64,000 nucleotides of DNA from Dehalococcoidia bacterium (GTDB taxonomy: Bacteria > Chloroflexota > Dehalococcoidia > Plut-88900). Location: contig OZ240215.1 of the NCBI GenBank assembly GCA_965197585.1, positions 1-64,000 on the forward strand, read 5' to 3'. Under the pieces are notes generated by a model that was not told the origin of the DNA, ran no database searches, and worked only from the letters and a program-made list of their open reading frames with translations. Made by a program: the position numbers and the translations under genes. This document shows positions 42,358 through 51,965 of the stretch, in pieces (within the stretch, counting starts at the first letter, position 1; every line of letters begins with the position of its first letter).

Positions 42358-45300
42358 TTACTCCCTCAGGCGTACGCCTTCAGGATCGTAGACGGGTGCA
42401 TGGCGGACTCGGGCGTAGGCGACCCCGCCTGGCACCCGAATCTCGATTCGCTGACCCTCAGCGGCGAGCCGGTCGGGGACCCAGGCCAGCCCGAATCCCT
42501 TGCCGATGGACGGGCTGAACCGCGAGCTTGTTACCTTGCCCACCGGCCACCCGTGCTCCAGGACTGGGCTCCCGTCTTCGGCCACCGCTCCGTTTTCCAT
42601 TACGAACCCGACCATCCGGTTGCGGTAACCGCGTTCGGAGACCTGCTTGAGGGCCTCTCGGCCTATGAAATCGTCCTTTTCGAACTTGACGGCCCACGCC
42701 ATGTCGGCTTCAAGTGGGTTGGACATGACGTCGGTGTCCTGACCGGGTATCAGGTGCTTCTTCTCCAGCCGGAGGACACGCTGGGCCTCCACCCCGAAGG
42801 GCAAGATGCCAAACTCCTCCCCGGCTTCCAGCAGGGCCTCCCAGACGTGCTCACCGGCCTCGGCGGGGAAGTGAAGCTCCCAACCCGCCTCCCCGACGAA
42901 CCCGACGCGAAGGAGAAGGGTCGGTACTCCGGCAACCTGGCCCTTGGCGCTGCGCATGTATCTAAACTTGTCCTTGGACAGATCAACATCGGTGAGCTTC
43001 TGAAGGGTGTCTCGGGCCCGGGGCCCGGCGACGTTCACTGCGGCGAACCCGGGGGTCACGTTGGCGATGTGGGCACACATATCCGTGCCGACCAACCACC
43101 ACCTGAACCACTCCTCGATAAGGTCTATGTTGCCGGTCCCGGTGGTGACATAATAACGGTCGTCGGCGAGCCGCGTGACAGTGCCGTCGTCCATGATGAT
43201 TCCGCTGTCCGAGCAGATAATCCCATACCGGATCCACCCGACTCTCAGGTTGGAGAAATAGTGAGTGTAGATATGGTCAAGTAGCGCCGGTGCGTCCTTC
43301 CCGACTACGTCCAGCTTGCCAAGGGTGCTCACGTCGATGATGCCGACGCGGTTTCGGACTGCCTCGATCTCCTCCATGGGATCCCGGTAGGAGTGGGGTC
43401 TCTTCCATTGCCCGACCTCGGCGATCTTTCCACCGGCCCTTACGTGAGCGTAGTGGATGGGGGTCATCCTGAAGGGCATGTGCCCCGGCCCGGCTATTGC
43501 GCCGAGGGGTGTGGGTCGGAAGGGAGGCCGGGAGGTCGTCCCACCCACAGCGTCAAGGCTCCGCCCCGTGGCTTGCGAGATGACCTTCGTGTAGCTCTTG
43601 TGGCACATCTTCCCCTGGCAGGGCCCCATTGAGACAGTGCTATAACGCTTGAGCGACTGGACATCGGCGAAGCCCTCGTCTATGGCTTGCCGGACGTCCT
43701 TCTCGGTTACGTCTTCACATATACATACAAATTTCTTGGCACGGGCGGCCTTCTTGCCGGAGATTCCTCCCGTGATGCGGGGTGGGGTGGAGGATAGCTC
43801 GTCCCGGTAGGCCTTTTCACGGCGGTCAAGCTCGGCCTTCAGACTCGAAAGAGCCTCCGAGTCTGCGTTGCCTGCGCCCGATGCCTCCGCAGCCTCGAGG
43901 CCCGCAACCCGACCCTGCACCATATTGATTTCGGAGTCATGGATGCCTGTTACGTCACCGGCGGCATATATGGAGTCAGGCAGACTCACAGGAACGGACG
44001 CGACTAGGGTTTCGTCGTAGGTCAGCTTTGCGTCGGCGTGGGAAAGGAGGGCGGTGACGGGGTCGGGGTTGGGGGCCAGGCAGAGGAAACCGCACTCAAG
44101 ACGATGTTCGCCGCTCCCAGCGTTGCTTTCGAGAAGCACTGCTTCTATCTTCCTTACGCCCTCCGCCTTTACCACTCTCCATCCATTGAGCAGACCGACT
44201 CCTCGCCCCCGGAGGTCCCTAGCTAAGGGGGTATCGCGGTGGGGCCGGTAATCTACTACGGCGCTTACGTTTACGCCCGCGTCCGTCAATTGAACGGCAG
44301 CTTTTAGGCCTTCGTCGCTGTCCGTTACTATCACGCCCCGGCCCCCGGGGCTCACGCCGTACAGATTGGCCAGCCGCAGTGCGCCACTGCTGAGCATGAT
44401 TCCGGGAAGGTCGTTGTTGGGGAATACGGCAGGCGATTCCTGGGCTCCGGCGGCTACCACAACTTGACCCGCTCTCAGCTTAACTATGCGCTCGCTCTGG
44501 TGGACGGTAACCATGTTGCCTTGGTAGACGGCCATTGCGGAGGCGTCAGATAGGACTTGGATTCGGCTATTTGCGTGGACGGATTCGGCGAGGCGTCTGG
44601 CGAGTTCATAACCGAGAACAGGAGAATTACCCTGCCTTTCTCCCGTCTGGGGAGAGGGGAGGATGTTGTAACGCAGATGTCCCCCGAGGGAGGGTTGGTC
44701 ATCTACGAGTGTGACCCGCACTCCGGCCTCCGCGGTCGCAAGTGCTGCGCTCAAACCGGCGGGCCCGCCACCGATTACCGCTACGTCGGTATAGGCGTTG
44801 ACGTGCTCATACTCGGTGTCCGGGATTCGACTCGTATCCACGGTGCCGAGCCCGGCGACCCGCCTGATTACCGGCTCGGCGAGATGCCAAGCGACCTTGG
44901 GCCGGATCAGGGTCTTGTAGTAGAAACCGACCGGCATCAGCCGGTCGAAGTACTGCAAGGCGGAAAGGGCGTCGTTCTCGACGGAAGGCCAGGCGTTCTG
45001 CCCCGCTACATCCATGCCGTCGGCCGCGGCGCAAGCGCAGGCACGGACGTTAGGAGCGCCGTCCACGTTCATCATGCAGTTCGGGCATCGGCCCGACACG
45101 CAAAGGAGCCCCCTCGGCCGGTGGTATTTGAAACTGCGGCCGAAGATATCTATGCCGGACGCGTAGAGCGCCGAGGCAACAGTGTCACCGGGATAGGCGA
45201 GTATGCGCTTGCCTTCGTGGTTGAAATAGACGTTGCGTGACCGGTCTATGATCTGGGATGGGTGGGCTGGGAGCCTGCGTTGCCTCAACTCAACCCTCAT
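42358..45300 (-). CDS. soxA: Sarcosine oxidase alpha / NMG dehydrogenase large subunit (2Fe-2S, Rossmann, BFD-like and GcvT domains)
   Basis: GDTVASAL, RSFKYHRPRG, C..G.CPNC, GGGPAGL, CICEDV, KRYSTVSMGPCQGKMC, DVSTLGKL, LRLEK. Confidence 0.93.
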   Translation of the reverse strand: MRVELRQRRLPAHPSQIIDRSRNVYFNHEGKRILAYPGDTVASALYASGIDIFGRSFKYHRPRGLLCVSGRCPNCMMNVDGAPNVRACACAAADGMDVAGQNAWPSVENDALSALQYFDRLMPVGFYYKTLIRPKVAWHLAEPVIRRVAGLGTVDTSRIPDTEYEHVNAYTDVAVIGGGPAGLSAALATAEAGVRVTLVDDQPSLGGHLRYNILPSPQTGERQGNSPVLGYELARRLAESVHANSRIQVLSDASAMAVYQGNMVTVHQSERIVKLRAGQVVVAAGAQESPAVFPNNDLPGIMLSSGALRLANLYGVSPGGRGVIVTDSDEGLKAAVQLTDAGVNVSAVVDYRPHRDTPLARDLRGRGVGLLNGWRVVKAEGVRKIEAVLLESNAGSGEHRLECGFLCLAPNPDPVTALLSHADAKLTYDETLVASVPVSLPDSIYAAGDVTGIHDSEINMVQGRVAGLEAAEASGAGNADSEALSSLKAELDRREKAYRDELSSTPPRITGGISGKKAARAKKFVCICEDVTEKDVRQAIDEGFADVQSLKRYSTVSMGPCQGKMCHKSYTKVISQATGRSLDAVGGTTSRPPFRPTPLGAIAGPGHMPFRMTPIHYAHVRAGGKIAEVGQWKRPHSYRDPMEEIEAVRNRVGIIDVSTLGKLDVVGKDAPALLDHIYTHYFSNLRVGWIRYGIICSDSGIIMDDGTVTRLADDRYYVTTGTGNIDLIEEWFRWWLVGTDMCAHIANVTPGFAAVNVAGPRARDTLQKLTDVDLSKDKFRYMRSAKGQVAGVPTLLLRVGFVGEAGWELHFPAEAGEHVWEALLEAGEEFGILPFGVEAQRVLRLEKKHLIPGQDTDVMSNPLEADMAWAVKFEKDDFIGREALKQVSERGYRNRMVGFVMENGAVAEDGSPVLEHGWPVGKVTSSRFSPSIGKGFGLAWVPDRLAAEGQRIEIRVPGGVAYARVRHAPVYDPEGVRLRE

Positions 45301-45574
45301 TCCCGGCAGGTAAACTCGGGCCCTGCCCCGGCCAGTAGGTGGCCGATACCCGGTTGTTCAGTGTATTGCGCTGGGCATGAAACCAGCGTCGGCAGCCGTA
45401 CTTGTGATACCACCACTCCTGCTGAAGACCGGCAACATTCTTGCTCAGGTAAAAATAGGCTGACCATGTCTCCTCTGGGTCGCCGGGGGAGGGGCGGGCT
45501 GAGACCTCGCCGCCGAAACGGAAGTCGTTGACAGACCTGGGGCCGCAGTTCGGGCAGCTTAAAAGGAAGGACAT
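45290..45574 (-). CDS. soxD: Sarcosine oxidase delta / MgdB-like Zn-binding subunit
   Basis: CPNCGPR, FRFGGE, EWWYH..GCRRWF...RNT. Confidence 0.92.
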   Translation of the reverse strand: MSFLLSCPNCGPRSVNDFRFGGEVSARPSPGDPEETWSAYFYLSKNVAGLQQEWWYHKYGCRRWFHAQRNTLNNRVSATYWPGQGPSLPAGNEG

Positions 45575-45669
45575 GGCGCTATGACGGGAGGCGCGGGCTC
45601 ATGTGGCGGGGGTTGCAGAGCTTGAGTTTGATTGCCTTGGAACGCAAGAGTACAGATTGACCGGGGCCT

Positions 45670-47040
45670 CTAGAACATGGTGAGGTACCGGTCCACCTCC
45701 CATTGACTCACCTGCCGGTGATAGTCGACCCACTCTGCCTCTTTCACCTTCATAAACTCGTCGTAGATAGGCCCAAGGGCCTCCCGCACGACCTGATCGT
45801 TTTTCAGCTCGTTTAGGGCCTCGGGGAGGCTCTGTGGGAGGACCCGGATGCCGCGCCTGTTGATCTCCTCCATACCGAGGGCGTAGGTGTTTTCGAAGTT
45901 CGCCGCGCCGGGATCCATCTCGTTCTTGACGCCGTCCATTCCGGCCAGGACGTATGCTGAGAAGGCGAGATAGGGGTTGCACCCCGAGGACATCGTCCGG
46001 TCCTCCAGGTGTCCGGGCCCCGCGGTACGGATCATCTGCGTTCGGTTGTTGTCGCCGTAAGAGATAAAGGCGGGCGTCCATGTAAAGCCCGACCGCGAAC
46101 CGGTGAGAGCAGAACCCATCTGGAGCCGCTTGTAGCAGTTCACCGTCGGCGAGTTGATGGCGCAGAGGGCCGGCGCGTGTTTCAGAATACCGCCGATGAA
46201 GTGGTACGCCATCTTGGACAGCCCGAGACCCTGGGGGTCGGAATTGTCTATCAAGACGTTCTCCCCCGTCTTGGCGTCGGCTACGTGGAAGTGGATGTGG
46301 CCGGCGCTGCCGGTCCTGTCTCCGAAGGGCTTGGCCATGTGGGTGGCGATTGCACCATGCTTTCGGGCTACCTGGCTGGTCATCATCTTGAAGAAGGTGT
46401 AGCGGTCGGCGGTGGTGAGGGCGTCGGAATAATCGAAGTTGATCTCGTACTGGCCGCTGCCGTCCTCATGGTCGGACTGGTAGACGCCCCACCCGAGGCC
46501 GTTCAGGCCGTCGGTCATCTCCTTCAGATAGCCGAGGACGCCGGATATGCCCTTGTAGTCGTAACAGGGCTTTTCGAGGTTGTCGACGTCAGCCGGGTCG
46601 AAGATCTTAATCTTGCCTTTCCTTTTGCCTTTCTTTTTGCGTTTTACAAGAAAGTGCTCGGGTTCAATCCCGACGTTAAATACGAAACCCTGGTCCCGCA
46701 GCTCTCCCAGCACCTTCTTCATGTGCTGCCGGGGGCAGTAGGGGTGAGGCTCGCCGTCTACGAACAGATCGGAAGCGAAGCGCGCGGTATCGGGGTCCCA
46801 GGGGAGGGGAGTGTAGGAGTCGATGTCGATACGGGCGGCCATGTCGTGGGCGTTGGGGCCCTGGCCCATGCCGTGGAGCGAACCCCCGGCGAAGCCCGCG
46901 CCATCGTCGACAACGTTATCAAATGTGGAAGCGGGGACAAGCTTGACCTTGGCGGCCCCATGAATGTCGACGAACTGGGTGAGGATGTACTTGATCCCGT
47001 CCCGGGTCATCCGCTCCCGTATCTGCTCTCTGTTGGCCAT
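45670..47040 (-). CDS. gmaS: Gamma-glutamylmethylamide synthetase (GlnT-type glutamine synthetase homolog)
   Basis: QFVDIHG..K.KLVP, GAGFAG, KPCYD, DHEDGSGQYEINF, NSPTVNCYKRL, TW.PAFISYGDNNRT; sits between mgsC and sox genes. Confidence 0.88.
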   Translation of the reverse strand: MANREQIRERMTRDGIKYILTQFVDIHGAAKVKLVPASTFDNVVDDGAGFAGGSLHGMGQGPNAHDMAARIDIDSYTPLPWDPDTARFASDLFVDGEPHPYCPRQHMKKVLGELRDQGFVFNVGIEPEHFLVKRKKKGKRKGKIKIFDPADVDNLEKPCYDYKGISGVLGYLKEMTDGLNGLGWGVYQSDHEDGSGQYEINFDYSDALTTADRYTFFKMMTSQVARKHGAIATHMAKPFGDRTGSAGHIHFHVADAKTGENVLIDNSDPQGLGLSKMAYHFIGGILKHAPALCAINSPTVNCYKRLQMGSALTGSRSGFTWTPAFISYGDNNRTQMIRTAGPGHLEDRTMSSGCNPYLAFSAYVLAGMDGVKNEMDPGAANFENTYALGMEEINRRGIRVLPQSLPEALNELKNDQVVREALGPIYDEFMKVKEAEWVDYHRQVSQWEVDRYLTMF

Positions 47041-47088
47041 GCTCTGCTCCGGTTGAGGCTCTAGCCTGTTCGAGATGCGTTCGGGCGG

Positions 47089-48393
47089 CTAGTCAAACCC
47101 GAACACCTTGTCGGTGCCTACCAGCGGGATGCGGGCCATGGCGGAGGCTTCGATTGTCAGGGCCGCCAGGTCCTCGGGCTCGAGACTGTGAACGTCGCTC
47201 TTGCCGAGGGACCGGGTGATGAGTGCCAGCTCCATCGTCATGGCGTTGAGGAAGTTAGCGACGCGTGCGCCGCCCTCTTCGGGGTCGAGCCTCTTCTCAA
47301 GCTCCGGGTCCTGCGTGGCGATGCCCACTGGGCACTTGCCCGTCTGACAGTGGTGACACATCCCTGCAGGAACTCCGACCTCTTCTTCGAAGTTGGCTTC
47401 CGGGATGTCCCGGTTGCAGTTGAGTGCGATGAGAGCGGAGATGCCAATGGCTACTGCGTCGGCGCCGAGGGCCAGGGCCTTGGCCACGTCCACCCCGCTC
47501 CTGATTCCTCCCGAGGCTATGAGGGTCACCTTCCCGTACATCCCGATCTCCCGCAGCGCCTCGCGGGCAAGGACAATGGCTGGTACGGTGGGAATGCCTG
47601 AGTGATCGAGGAGGATTTCGGAGGAAGCGCCCGTGCCAGCTAACATGCTGTCAATGACTATGGCGTCAGCGCCGGCCTTGGCGGCCAGCTTAACGTCGTC
47701 CTTGACTCGGCAGGCCCCCAGCTTGATGCTGATGGGAACGCGCCAGTCCGTGGCTTCCCTCAGCTGTTCTATCTTGATGGGAAGGTCGTCCGGCCCGAGC
47801 CAGTCGGGGTGTCGAGTGGGACTGCGCTGGTCGATACCCGTGGGCAGGTCCCGCATCTCGGCGATGTGGTCCAGCACCTTGACGCCCATGAGCATGCCAC
47901 CGGTGCCGGGCTTCGCGCCCTGCCCGACGCAGATTTCAATGGCGTCGGCCATCATGATGTGGTGAGGATTGACGCCGTAGCGGCTGGGCAGAATCTGATA
48001 TATGAGCTTGTCGGAGGCTTCCCGCTCGGCCATGAGCATTCCGCCGTCGCCGGTGCAGGTGGCGGTGCCCACCTCCGAGGCCCCCTTCCCGAGGGATACC
48101 TTGGCATTGCGGGACAGAGCGCCGTAGCTCATCCCCGTGATGTATATGGGTGTTTCCAGCACCAGGGGGTTCTTGGCGTTTCCTTCTCCAATCACCGTGC
48201 GGGTGCTGCACTTCTCCTTGTAGCCTTCCAGTGGGATTCGGGTGAGGCCCGTGGAGAGGAAGGTCAGATCGTCGAAGTGGGTTACCTTCTGAAAGGTAGA
48301 GAAGCCGCGGATGCGGTAACGGCCAAGGTCGGCCTTGGCGTGGATGTCTTCCATGACCCAGGGGGAGTAGATCTGGCTGCTGTTCATTACCAT
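47089..48393 (-). CDS. mgsC: N-methylglutamate synthase subunit C (FMN-binding glutamate synthase family)
   Basis: GRYRIRG, FDDLTF, PLEGYKEKC, GMSYGALS, GQGAKPGTGG, IDQRSPTRHPDW.GPDDL, CHHCQTGKCPVGIATQDPEL; start moved to MVMNS behind AAGGA. Confidence 0.9.
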   Translation of the reverse strand: MVMNSSQIYSPWVMEDIHAKADLGRYRIRGFSTFQKVTHFDDLTFLSTGLTRIPLEGYKEKCSTRTVIGEGNAKNPLVLETPIYITGMSYGALSRNAKVSLGKGASEVGTATCTGDGGMLMAEREASDKLIYQILPSRYGVNPHHIMMADAIEICVGQGAKPGTGGMLMGVKVLDHIAEMRDLPTGIDQRSPTRHPDWLGPDDLPIKIEQLREATDWRVPISIKLGACRVKDDVKLAAKAGADAIVIDSMLAGTGASSEILLDHSGIPTVPAIVLAREALREIGMYGKVTLIASGGIRSGVDVAKALALGADAVAIGISALIALNCNRDIPEANFEEEVGVPAGMCHHCQTGKCPVGIATQDPELEKRLDPEEGGARVANFLNAMTMELALITRSLGKSDVHSLEPEDLAALTIEASAMARIPLVGTDKVFGFD

Positions 48394-48403
48394 GGCAGAA
48401 TCC

Positions 48404-49087
48404 TTAGACGACCCTTTTCTCGAAGCGCTCAAGCGCGTCGAAGTGGTAGAGCTTCTTGGCGGAGACCACCTTCTTGAACTGGAAGCGTTCGCTTATACCG
48501 AAGCTCTGGAGCGTTTCCCAAATTTCCAGTAGTTCGTCCTCGGAGGCAGTCTCCTCCTTGGCGTCGCTCCCGAGCGAGCCAATGTTACCGGCGACGTATA
48601 TCTCGCCCTCGTACATAGAGTCCCCGACCGCGTCTCCGACATCGCCGCAGATGATAATGCGGCCTTTCTGCATCATATAGCCGGTTAGGAATCCGGCGTT
48701 GCCCCGGATGATTAGGTCTCCGCCCTTCATGGAGATGCCTGCCCGTGCCCCGGCGTCCCCCCCAACGAACATTTGTCCACCCCTGAGGGTCGCGGCAACT
48801 GATGCGCCCGCGCTGCGGGTCAGGGTTATGCGGCCACTCATCATGTTCTCGCCCAGGGCCCATCCGGCGTTGCCGTTGATAGTAACCTCAGGGCCGTCCA
48901 GGAGGCTGGCACACAGGTACCCAACGCTTCCCTCGACTGTTATCTTGCATTCCTTCAGCACCCCGATAACCAGGTTGTGCCGCGCCTGGGGGTCGATAAT
49001 GTGAACCTCTTCCCCTGCGTTCACCAGCTCCTTGACCCGGGTGTTGATCTCCCGGATGGTCATGTCTCTGGCGTTTATATCAACCAA
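48404..49087 (-). CDS. mgsB: N-methylglutamate synthase subunit B (GXGXG/GltB C-terminal beta-helix)
   Basis: GSVGY, GNAGW..GENMMSG, RAGISMKGG, GDSMYEG.IYV.G. Confidence 0.9.
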   Translation of the reverse strand: MVDINARDMTIREINTRVKELVNAGEEVHIIDPQARHNLVIGVLKECKITVEGSVGYLCASLLDGPEVTINGNAGWALGENMMSGRITLTRSAGASVAATLRGGQMFVGGDAGARAGISMKGGDLIIRGNAGFLTGYMMQKGRIIICGDVGDAVGDSMYEGEIYVAGNIGSLGSDAKEETASEDELLEIWETLQSFGISERFQFKKVVSAKKLYHFDALERFEKRVV

Positions 49088-49989
49088 GTCATGACCTCGT
49101 TCTGCTGGGGCTCGACCCGCTCTATCTCCTCGTCGAACACGGAGCGGAGGGCGACTTCCTCGGAGGCGAGGGCTACCACGTCGTCGGTCTCCATGAGGAC
49201 CAGGGGCTTGAGGGCGAGGGAGTCCTTGGCGGATCCCATGCCCTGGTCGGTAGAGACCAGGTAGGTGAATGAACCGTCCAGATCATCCAGTGAGGCGTAG
49301 AGGGCGTCTTCGAGGGCCGCGCCGCGGGCAAGCTTCTCGGCCAGGTAGACGGCGATAAGCTCGGAGTCATTCCCGGTCTGGAAGCGATGACCTTCGTCCT
49401 CGTACTTGCGCTTCATCTTGTGATAGTTGGTCAGCTGGCCGTTGTGTACGACGGTAACGTCAGGGAAGGGGTAGGCCCAGAAGGGGTGGGAGTGGGTGAT
49501 GTCGACCCGGCTCTCGGTGGCTAGGCGCACGTGCCCGATGCCGTGCGTCCCTTTCATAGTGCCAATGCCGTGCTTGTCGTCGAGTTCCACGCCCGTGCCC
49601 ACGTCCTTCACGACCTCGGAGTTCTGGCCGATGCTGTGGATAGTCACGCCGGGCAGCTCGTATAACGAGGCCGCGAGGGAGTTGAGGTCACCTTCATAGT
49701 TGACGTTGAGGCGTAGAAATTCGTCCGTCGACTGCCGGTTTCTTACAACCCCGCCTTTGGCAACCACCGCCTCTTCGACCGCTCTGAAGCGGCCCCGGTA
49801 GTCGGCGTCGGGATCGGACCAGACCCTGACAATGAAGTCGGAATTGGAGTCTTCCCCGGCCACGGTGATGCCCGTGGAGTCGATTCCCCGGTGCTTCATG
49901 GCATCCAGCATACGGACGAGCTCTTCGCCTATGGGAGCCAGGGCGGAGGCTCCCGCATGCTTATGCATTATTCCGCTAATACCACACAT
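49075..49989 (-). CDS. mgsA: N-methylglutamate synthase subunit A (class II glutamine amidotransferase)
   Basis: N-terminal MCGI nucleophile, HRG.DSTG, IGHVRLATES, HPF, VHNGQL.N, NDSE, LDGSFT. Confidence 0.9.
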   Translation of the reverse strand: MCGISGIMHKHAGASALAPIGEELVRMLDAMKHRGIDSTGITVAGEDSNSDFIVRVWSDPDADYRGRFRAVEEAVVAKGGVVRNRQSTDEFLRLNVNYEGDLNSLAASLYELPGVTIHSIGQNSEVVKDVGTGVELDDKHGIGTMKGTHGIGHVRLATESRVDITHSHPFWAYPFPDVTVVHNGQLTNYHKMKRKYEDEGHRFQTGNDSELIAVYLAEKLARGAALEDALYASLDDLDGSFTYLVSTDQGMGSAKDSLALKPLVLMETDDVVALASEEVALRSVFDEEIERVEPQQNEVMTWLI

Positions 49990-50067
49990 CTCTTTACTCC
50001 CTAGAGATCATGTCAAAGGAATTTGGGCCTGCATAACTGTCAGCATCCCAGCCTAGACAACCGCACC

Positions 50068-50096
50068 ATTATATATGTGGGTGTATGAGTGGGCAA
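50068..50096 (-). promoter_or_regulatory. Sigma70-type promoter of the mgs/gmaS/sox cluster
   Basis: Minus strand TTGCCC-17 bp-TATAAT, about 80 bp upstream of mgsA. Confidence 0.7.
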
Positions 50097-50113
50097 GGAA
50101 GAACGGGCCTCCC

Positions 50114-50644
50114 TCAGGGGCGTAAGGCCCTTCTGGGAGGCCTTTCGAAGACGCGGAACTCAACGTCTATGGAGGTCGGGTAAAGGGTCAGCATGGCCAC
50201 TGACCCCGGCATCATGAAGTCCGGGTAACCGGGGCCAGGATTCACGATAAGCGTATCGCCGACGTAGTGTTCGACACGTTCGTGCGTGTGCCCGTAGAGG
50301 ATGACGTCCTGGGCGCCCAGCTCTTGCAGAATGCGGTCCTCTATCCCGTCGGGTTCCATGCCCCACCAGGGATGAATGATTCCGAACCTCCACTGCCCGA
50401 TTGCGAAGAACTGCTTGTCGGGTAGGATGCGCCGGGTCTCGTCCTTATCGGTGTTCCCGAATACTCCTACAAACTTGGGGTGGTCCTCTATCAGCTGATG
50501 GACCAGGGTGGGGCCTGTAAAGTCGCCGGTGTGGACGACCCAGTCGGCCTCTTTGAGCGCTTCCTTCACGACGGGGTGAAGCTCATCCTTTTCCCGAACG
50601 TGGGTGTCGGAGAAGTGAAGGAGTTTGATGGGTGCGTGACGCAT
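50114..50644 (-). CDS. YfcE/MJ0936-family metallophosphoesterase
   Basis: SDTH, HTGD, GNTD, GHTH, NPG motifs. Confidence 0.88.
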   Translation of the reverse strand: MRHAPIKLLHFSDTHVREKDELHPVVKEALKEADWVVHTGDFTGPTLVHQLIEDHPKFVGVFGNTDKDETRRILPDKQFFAIGQWRFGIIHPWWGMEPDGIEDRILQELGAQDVILYGHTHERVEHYVGDTLIVNPGPGYPDFMMPGSVAMLTLYPTSIDVEFRVFERPPRRALRP

Positions 50645-50701
50645 GAAGGTAGTATAGCCTAGCGGGTCTCGTGTGAGTACAATGAATATGGAGGTGGGTA
50701 A

Positions 50702-51076
50702 ATGGGTCTTTTTCGCACGGCATTAGAAGTAGGCAATCCGACGGATGGAATATTCGTTGAAATAGAGCCGATTGTCGATACTGGCGCTACCTACTCTATG
50801 CTGCCGACCTCCTTGTTGAAGGAAAAGCTAGGTCTGTCTCCGTTGGAGGAGATGACGTTCACTCTGGCCGACGGAAGTCGGCAGGCTTACGGCCTGGGAG
50901 AGGCCCGGTTCAAGCATGAAGGCCGGGAGCGGACTAGCCCTGTGATATTCGGGCCCGAAGACTTGTACCTTCTCGGGGCGGTGTCCCTTCAGAGTCTCGG
51001 CCTGATCGCCGACACAACGCACCACCAACTCATCCCATCTCCTGAACTCTATCTGGTAGGCATTCAGCAGGGCTAA
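50702..51076 (+). CDS. Clan AA (retropepsin-like) aspartic protease
   Basis: IVDTGATYS, F.LADG, LLGAVSL..LGL; GGAGG RBS. Confidence 0.85.
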   Translation: MGLFRTALEVGNPTDGIFVEIEPIVDTGATYSMLPTSLLKEKLGLSPLEEMTFTLADGSRQAYGLGEARFKHEGRERTSPVIFGPEDLYLLGAVSLQSLGLIADTTHHQLIPSPELYLVGIQQG

Positions 51077-51292
51077 GGCGTATCTGGCTTAGCCGCAGAA
51101 TTAAGAAATTAACCTCGTTCCTTTGGCTCTGCTAGTTGGACGAGGTTTTGTTTAGGATGCGAGGAAGCAAGCGCCGACGCCAGCACCCGTTCCAGGAATG
51201 CCATCTGTGCAGGCGTGAAGGGCACGAGTCTTGGTGAGGGGCACGCGTCGAGAGCCTCTTTCATGGCCAGGCTGACCCGGGCCTGGATTTCG

Positions 51293-51856
51293 TTATTCTC
51301 GGGTTGAGCGGTCAAGAGCGGCCTCCTTGGACGGGTCTCTGCATTCTTCGATTGAAACCTCGATTTGGCGGTCCCGATACATGGGGATAGCTGAAATGTA
51401 GTCTTCGTCATCACCGGCCCTCTGCATACCCGGAGGCAGGTCGCCGACCACCGCACCCGGAACCCCCATCACCACCTTTCGCGCCGCCACCTCTGCCTTT
51501 GGGGCCACTACCGAGCCCGCTGCCACCACCACCCCATCCCCGAGACGCACCCCGTCTAGGACTACGGCGTTCATCGCCACCAGGACCCCCTCTCCCAGGA
51601 CTGAGCCGTGGACTACCGCCCCGTGTCCCATGCGGCACTTGGGCCCGAGCACCGTCTTGCCGTGGATCACGCAGTTGTCCTGCACATCCGACCCGTCCTC
51701 GATTCTGATGCTGTGGTCGTCACCTCGTATCGTGGCGTTGGGCCCTATCCAGCAGTTCTCGCCAATCGTCACGTCGCCGATGATTACGGCGGTCGGGTGG
51801 ATGTAAGCGGATCGGGCAATGGTCGGACGTTTGCCGTCCAGTTCGTAGATGGGCAT
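51293..51856 (-). CDS. Gamma carbonic anhydrase family (PaaY/YrdA-like hexapeptide repeat)
   Basis: YIHPTAVIIGDV.IG, IRGD, VQDNCVIH, GHGAVVHG, G.PG. Confidence 0.9.
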   Translation of the reverse strand: MPIYELDGKRPTIARSAYIHPTAVIIGDVTIGENCWIGPNATIRGDDHSIRIEDGSDVQDNCVIHGKTVLGPKCRMGHGAVVHGSVLGEGVLVAMNAVVLDGVRLGDGVVVAAGSVVAPKAEVAARKVVMGVPGAVVGDLPPGMQRAGDDEDYISAIPMYRDRQIEVSIEECRDPSKEAALDRSTRE

Positions 51857-51965
51857 GGTCTGTGCATCCTGCCTTCTGGGTTTAGCGTTCGGGCATTGTA
51901 TAACAGTAAGGCGGCGGAGGGGATGTATAATAATCTAAAGAATATTTTTAGGTTAGGGTGGGACT

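Noticed and set aside
47089-49989. Fragmented or pseudogenised glutamate synthase (gltB)
   Set aside because: Three intact ORFs match the naturally split MgsA/B/C architecture and sit next to gmaS
51109-51292. Small minus-strand ORF (MKEALDACPSPR...) after the gamma carbonic anhydrase
   Set aside because: No RBS or recognisable motif; cannot be supported
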